From Octopus sinensis (taxonomy: Eukaryota), in the NCBI RefSeq assembly GCF_006345805.1, contig NW_021826734.1, positions 1 to 11,970 of the forward strand: a stretch of DNA of 11,970 bases, written 5' to 3'. The notes under the pieces are model-generated. The model did no database searches. It was not told the DNA's origin and saw only the letters and a list, made by a program, of their open reading frames with translations. The position numbers and the translations under genes are program-made. Positions 7,126 through 11,970 of the stretch are shown piece by piece (position 1 is the first letter of the stretch; every line of letters begins with the position of its first letter).

Positions 7126-7342
7126 GTATATTTGTGAAGCACAAATATTTATCCACGCATACATTGTAATGGTAAATGTGTACATAGACACTAAAAGGTT
7201 GCTTACGATGTGTTGATAAAGATCGCTTGCAGGCTGGAACACGATCTGTTAGAAATAACATTGAAATGTTCTTCATCTCACACCCTACGCTATTCAGAAA
7301 TCAAAGACACATTGTAAAATATACTCCTAGATATACTACCAA

Positions 7343-7481
7343 AGTAGCGAGTTGTCAGAGTCGTAATAGCGTCGGAAAGAATGCTGCGGGTTATGTGATA
7401 TGACTCTCAGCGCTGTGTTCGAATCCCGTTACGGTCAGCTTTGTCTTTTATTCTTACAGGGTCGATAAAGAAAGTACCAGT
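7343..7481 (+). mobile_element. Old degenerate copy of the Meta-like SINE family
   Basis: AGTAGCGAGTTGTCAGAGTCG head, B box GTTCGAATCCC 7417-7427, and GGTCAGCTTTGTCTTTTATTCTTACAGGGTCGATAAAGAAAGTACCAGT, which is homologous to 4876-4924. Confidence 0.7.
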
Positions 7482-8511
7482 GTTAGGCAATGGACTGGCC
7501 GAATTGTTAGAGAGCCAGAAATCTTATTTTGTGCTGTATGTTCTGGCTCTTTGCTCTCTTGCGTTCTAACAGTCTGTTACAATATTAATTCGAAGCTGCA
7601 TCGGCCTGAGTTTCCCTTGGACAAACTCTGGCATATCTACCGGCAGAGAGCTGAGGCTTACATGCATAGGGAGCTACCCCTCAAGTTGTTGTTGCTGTCT
7701 TTTTCAGGAACAGAAAAATAAAAGTAGTTAAACAGGGTCCACAAACACGAGCAAATATATGATCAACCCTGAACGATCGAGGACAACAAAGATATATTGT
7801 CTAAATAAAAGTTAGGATGGTCATATACAGAACGTCTTTCATCATGGTTCTGCACAACCGCTTAAGATTTCTCCACATATATGTATTATATATACGTGTG
7901 CGTGTGTGTGTGTATACGTTCGTGTTTATAGCGTTTGTGTCTATGGTGTGTGTGTGTGTGTGTGTGTGCGTGCGTGAGTTTTTATTAATTCTGTCGTATC
8001 ACACATACACCCACACAGCACGGATGGTATCCGGAGTGTTGGAAGATCACTGGGAGTGAGACACCCCTTAGAATTTGTTAAAGCATGTCTCTTGGAGAAG
8101 GTTACTCTGATATAAAGCTGGGTCTGCAGAGAATAGTATTGGACATTTTTGGGATCTTTCGCTTGCGCTTGAGATCATGCCACACTCACATTCTTCAGCT
8201 TGCGACCCATATTGACACTGGATATCTTGCTCTGTCTTGTCTCTGGATCATTTTGGCAGGGTGTTGAGGGCCTGTGAGGTGGTGTAAAAGTCTCGTTGGA
8301 CCGAGGGTCTTAGGTTGTGCAATTGACAGCGAGGCGACTTTTCGATGCCCGGTCAAGTACGAGAGCGCCGAGGGGAGCCTTTAAGCTGCAGACATGGACT
8401 CAGGCGAAGCTGACTCCAGGTGCAATAACCTCACGCATGGGCATCGATGGCATTTTGCACGTGCAATGGCCAATCGACAGTCTTCCTTAGTTACAAGCGG
8501 AAAGCTATTAT

Positions 8512-8629
8512 CACACACACACACACACGAGTATGTGTGTGGACATATGTATGTATGTATATATGTATGCATGCATGTATGTATGTATGTATGTATGTGT
8601 GTGTGTAGGTATATATATATATATATATA
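8512..8629. repeat. (CA)n, (TATG)n and (TA)n microsatellites
   Basis: Direct reading. Confidence 0.92.
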
Positions 8630-9803
8630 TAGGGGTTGGAAAAAATAATGGAAGCACTTAGCATCATAGCATCATAATTTTGAAATATCTATAAAACCGT
8701 TAAAAGCTTATTTATTTTTTTATTATTTGTGTTGCTTAATATGTTTTGCTAAAATTGCTGTTTCTTTTCAGATATCATCACAAAAAAGCTAATTAAAATT
8801 CATTGAAATGAAAGATTTATCAGACTTTCAAAGAGGTCAAATTGTTGGTGTTCGTATGGCAGGCACTAGCGTAACGAAAACAGCCGAAATGTTTGGTGTA
8901 TCAATAAGTACTGTCTCGAAAGTATTGACAGCCTTTGAGATAGAGGGAAAAACCTCCTCGCCGAAACAAAACTCCGGTAGACAACCAAAACTTTCAGATA
9001 GGGACCGTCGGACTCTTACGCGAATTGCATGTGCAAATTACTGCAGAGCTTAAGGACCACCTCGAGAACCGAGTTTCCACAAAAACTGTCGTCGGGAGCT
9101 GCACAAAGCTGGATTTCAGGGGTGGTCTGCAATCAGAAAATCACTTTCAAAAACAACGTTGCAAGGTGTTTAGAGTGGAGTAAAAACCTACAGAATTGGT
9201 TCCTAGAGCAGGGGAAGAATGTAATTTTCTCGGATGAGCCATCCTTTACCCTATTTCCAACCACCGTTCGAGTATACGTTTGGAGACAGCCAAATGAAGC
9301 ATTTGATCCAGACTACATTCTTCCAACTGTTAAACATGGAGGAGGATCTGTGATGATCTGGGGTGGGGGTGGGGTGGGCTATATCTTGGAAAACTACCGG
9401 CCCAATGGTTTCCCTTCACGGCAGAATTAACAGTCAAGACTATTTAAGCGTTTTATCTGATCAAGTTCATCCTATTGTTGCGGGACTGCTTCCGGAGGGA
9501 AACGCAATCTAGTGATGTTGAACATCTTATCTGGCCACCACAGTCTCCAGATCTCAATATTATTGAACATTTATGGTGCATTTTAGAAAAACAAGTAAGG
9601 AGTTGATATCCTCCACCATCATCACTACAAGAACTGGAGATTGTTTTAGCTGAAGATTGGACAAAAATTCCTTTGGACACAATTCAAACTTTGTACGAGT
9701 CCATACCTCGTAGAATTCAAGCTGTAATTACTGCCAAAGCAGTTCTACCCTATAGTACAATATTGTTTGAAATTTTAAGGTGTTTCCATTGTTTTGTCCA
9801 ACC

Positions 9804-9806
<3 letters not shown>
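8630..9806 (+). mobile_element. Tc1-like DNA transposon, decayed, both TIRs present
   Basis: Left end (T)AGGGGTTGGAAAAAATAATGGAAGCACTTA; right end reverse complement CAGGGTTGGACAAAACAATGGAAACACCTTA. Both ends are flanked by TA within (TA)n tracts. Confidence 0.95.
8808..9753 (+). pseudogene. Tc1 (DD34E-type) transposase pseudogene
   Basis: MKDLSDFQRGQIVGVRMAG...[15 protein letters not shown] (paired HTH), VIFSDE (first Asp 9233-9235), [29 protein letters not shown] (Glu 9565-9567), LYESIPRRIQAVITAK. Frameshifts, a TGA at 9604-9606, and no second-Asp DNAP motif. Confidence 0.95.
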
Positions 9807-9845
<39 letters not shown>

Positions 9846-10090
9846 TTATTTACACACACTTATAAGTAATGAACTAGAAGGAGCGTGATTAACAAGAAGA
9901 AGGATAATCTTTTTTAACAACCGAGTACAGTTAATGCGGCATCAGTGGTTTCATACGCGATAATTCGCAATTATTCAATGGTAGTTTGAATAATACTGGT
10001 ACCTTAGTTATCTCGTTCCACTATGTATGTATGTATGTATGTATGTATGTACGAAGCGCTTCTGCAAAATTCTGACCCTCTAGCAAATTC

Positions 10091-10145
10091 ACTGGAACCG
10101 CCTGGCTGTGCGACCGAACTCCTTAACCAAACAGCTACGCTTGTG
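10091..10145 (-). mobile_element. Degenerate SINE head fragment
   Basis: Minus strand ACAAGCGTAGCTGTTTGGTTAAGGAGTTCG...GGTTCCAGT with A-box-like TAGCTGTTTGG (10137-10127). No intact B box. Confidence 0.4.
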
Positions 10146-10837
10146 ATTATAACAGAATTCTTTTCCAGTTATGATTTCTTTTATTCCTCAATGCCCGAAT
10201 ATGAAAACTAAACAAACAAACAAATCGAAAACAAAACGAAGATATTGCAAATGAAAGATGTCATCAGTCTGAACCGATCAGTGACATTGTTTTAACTTGT
10301 TACTCTTTTTATCTGTCTAAAGCTTTATTGATTTATTTACCTTTTCTTTTGTCTTATTTTATCGCTGGAATTTAAAAAAAATTATTCTAGTTTTCTTCAT
10401 TCTTTCTTTCCTTTTTATCTTTTTTTTTTTTTTGTAAATGACAAATTATGTTATGAAATATTCGCTTGTCTCAAGAAGACTCGGACAACTTCCTTTCTGT
10501 CCTGTATAAATGAATTTCCCTCATAAATTTCTAATGGACTTCTAACAAGTTAATTAGTCGAAGAATCTTTTATGTGAAGCCACACTGTATTTCGTCTCTT
10601 ATCTCTTTATTTGTTTATATTTGTCTTTTTCTCTCTATTTTCAGTTTTTGTTTTCTCTTCTTGGTTTTTCCAGTTCTCCGTTTAGTACGTATATTATATT
10701 ATCTCAACGGATATTTATGGCGAACCTAGCCAGTAATGTAGGCTAAGAAACCACAGGACGAGCCACTACGAGGCTACAAAATATACTAGAAATAGCAACA
10801 CCACAGCAAAAACCTCTCTTCAAATCACACTTTACAA

Positions 10838-11076
10838 CAGTGGAGTCCTTTGATTCCTATTTCCATCAAGTGGATCCCGATGTTGAAAAAAATATCTTTT
10901 TATATTTTTCATAATGAAATATTATTAGGAATTGTATGAAAAAAATTGTTAAAATATTTTATTATCTGTAGAAGCGTAAGCAATTCATTATTCAAAAATG
11001 TTAACAAAAAAAAAAAAAAGAAATTCTTATATGGACCCAGTGGGGCCATATGCCAGATCCCGGTTTAGAACCACTG
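10838..11076 (-). mobile_element. hAT (Charlie-like) non-autonomous element, about 239 bp
   Basis: Minus-strand terminus CAGTGGTTCTAAACC is a typical hAT-Charlie end, and the opposite end starts CAGTGG. The 8-bp flanks CTTTACAA (10830-10837) and ATTTCCAA (11077-11084) match at 6/8. Confidence 0.6.
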
Positions 11077-11140
11077 ATTTCCAATCTTAACACAAAAAAG
11101 GGCTGCACATATTCGATATTCTATCATTCTCTAATTATTT

Positions 11141-11196
11141 TAGCATGGCTTCAGCCAGAGGCTGTAGCCATGCTAGGGCACTGCCAACAGGCAGTG
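11141..11196. repeat. Two adjacent hairpins overlapping an orphan SINE/LINE 3' tail (minus strand)
   Basis: TAGCATGGCT-T-CAGCC[AGA]GGCTG-T-AGCCATGCTA (11141-11175) and CACTGCC[AACA]GGCAGTG (11179-11196). Minus 11185-11149 reads GGCAGTGCCCTAGCATGGCTACAGCCTCTGGCTGAA. Confidence 0.8.
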
Positions 11197-11709
11197 TGAA
11201 TCGGTAAAATACAATTAATCGGCCTGTAAGATCTCACACTCATTACTTGCACACGGAACGATAGAACTCAACGACTACGCCTCCTTTCACACCAATTTCT
11301 TTCATTGATACTCTCCCATATTCTTCGATATTCTTCAATAAGGTATTTTCTCAACCATAAATATTATGGCTGAAACATTTAGAAGGTAATATCATGGCTG
11401 GAATGCCTATGATCATAGATCAGGTGTATGGAGGAAGCCTCGAGGTTGTCATTTGAAGATGATCAAATTAGCAATTTTAATCTAGCGCAAATCTCGTCCT
11501 GCATTTAAAAAACAAAACAAAAACAACAGAAAGACACATATTGGACAATGGAGTTTTGGATCCTTGTACATAGAAAAACAACAGGATGGTCATCACCAGA
11601 ACATCTTTGATCATAAGTTGACGGAAGCTAAAAAAAATAACAACAAATATATATATATAAATTTGTTGTTTGTGTCTATCTCTCTGTGTCTGAGGGTGTA
11701 AACATTTAT

Positions 11710-11960
11710 GCGTGCATATACATATACATACATATATACATACATAAATATTTATATGTATATGTATGTGCATATCATATATATATATACATACATACAT
11801 ATATATATATTTACACACACACATATATATATTATGAATACATAAATAATTATATGTAAATATGTTTATGTGCATATCATATATATATATTATTATACAT
11901 ATACATACACACACACACCACACACACCACACCACACACATATATATATATGTATATATA
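11710..11960. repeat. Compound TA/CA microsatellite
   Basis: Direct reading. Confidence 0.92.
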
Positions 11961-11970
11961 AAGATTCAAG

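Noticed and set aside
7690-7712. Possible splice acceptor GCTGTCTTTTTCAG
   Set aside because: No downstream open exon or donor could be supported, and such motifs are common in AT-rich DNA.
9453-9680. 75-aa minus-strand ORF
   Set aside because: Antisense shadow of the Tc1 transposase pseudogene.

Overview
AT-rich, microsatellite-dense eukaryotic non-coding DNA with no credible host protein-coding exon. The SINE families look like those of Octopus/coleoid cephalopods (recognition from memory, not a database search). Nearly all complex sequence is mobile-element derived. (1) A minus-strand, internally deleted mariner (651-2248) is split by a 713-bp insertion with an 11-bp target-site duplication. 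The insertion combines a tRNA-like Pol III head, an (AAT)n tract and a Penelope-type minimal hammerhead ribozyme. (2) Inside that (AAT)n sits a near-intact tRNA-Ile(AAT) fused to the 3' tail used by local SINEs. (3) A Tc1-type MITE with 41-bp TIRs. (4) A perfect 40-bp inverted repeat whose arms each carry a hammerhead-like core with a G3-C8 compensatory swap. (5) Several tRNA-derived SINEs, a decayed Tc1 transposon (8630-9806) and a hAT-like MITE. The most interesting signals are the two hammerhead-bearing elements and the pre-tRNA/retroposon-tail chimera.
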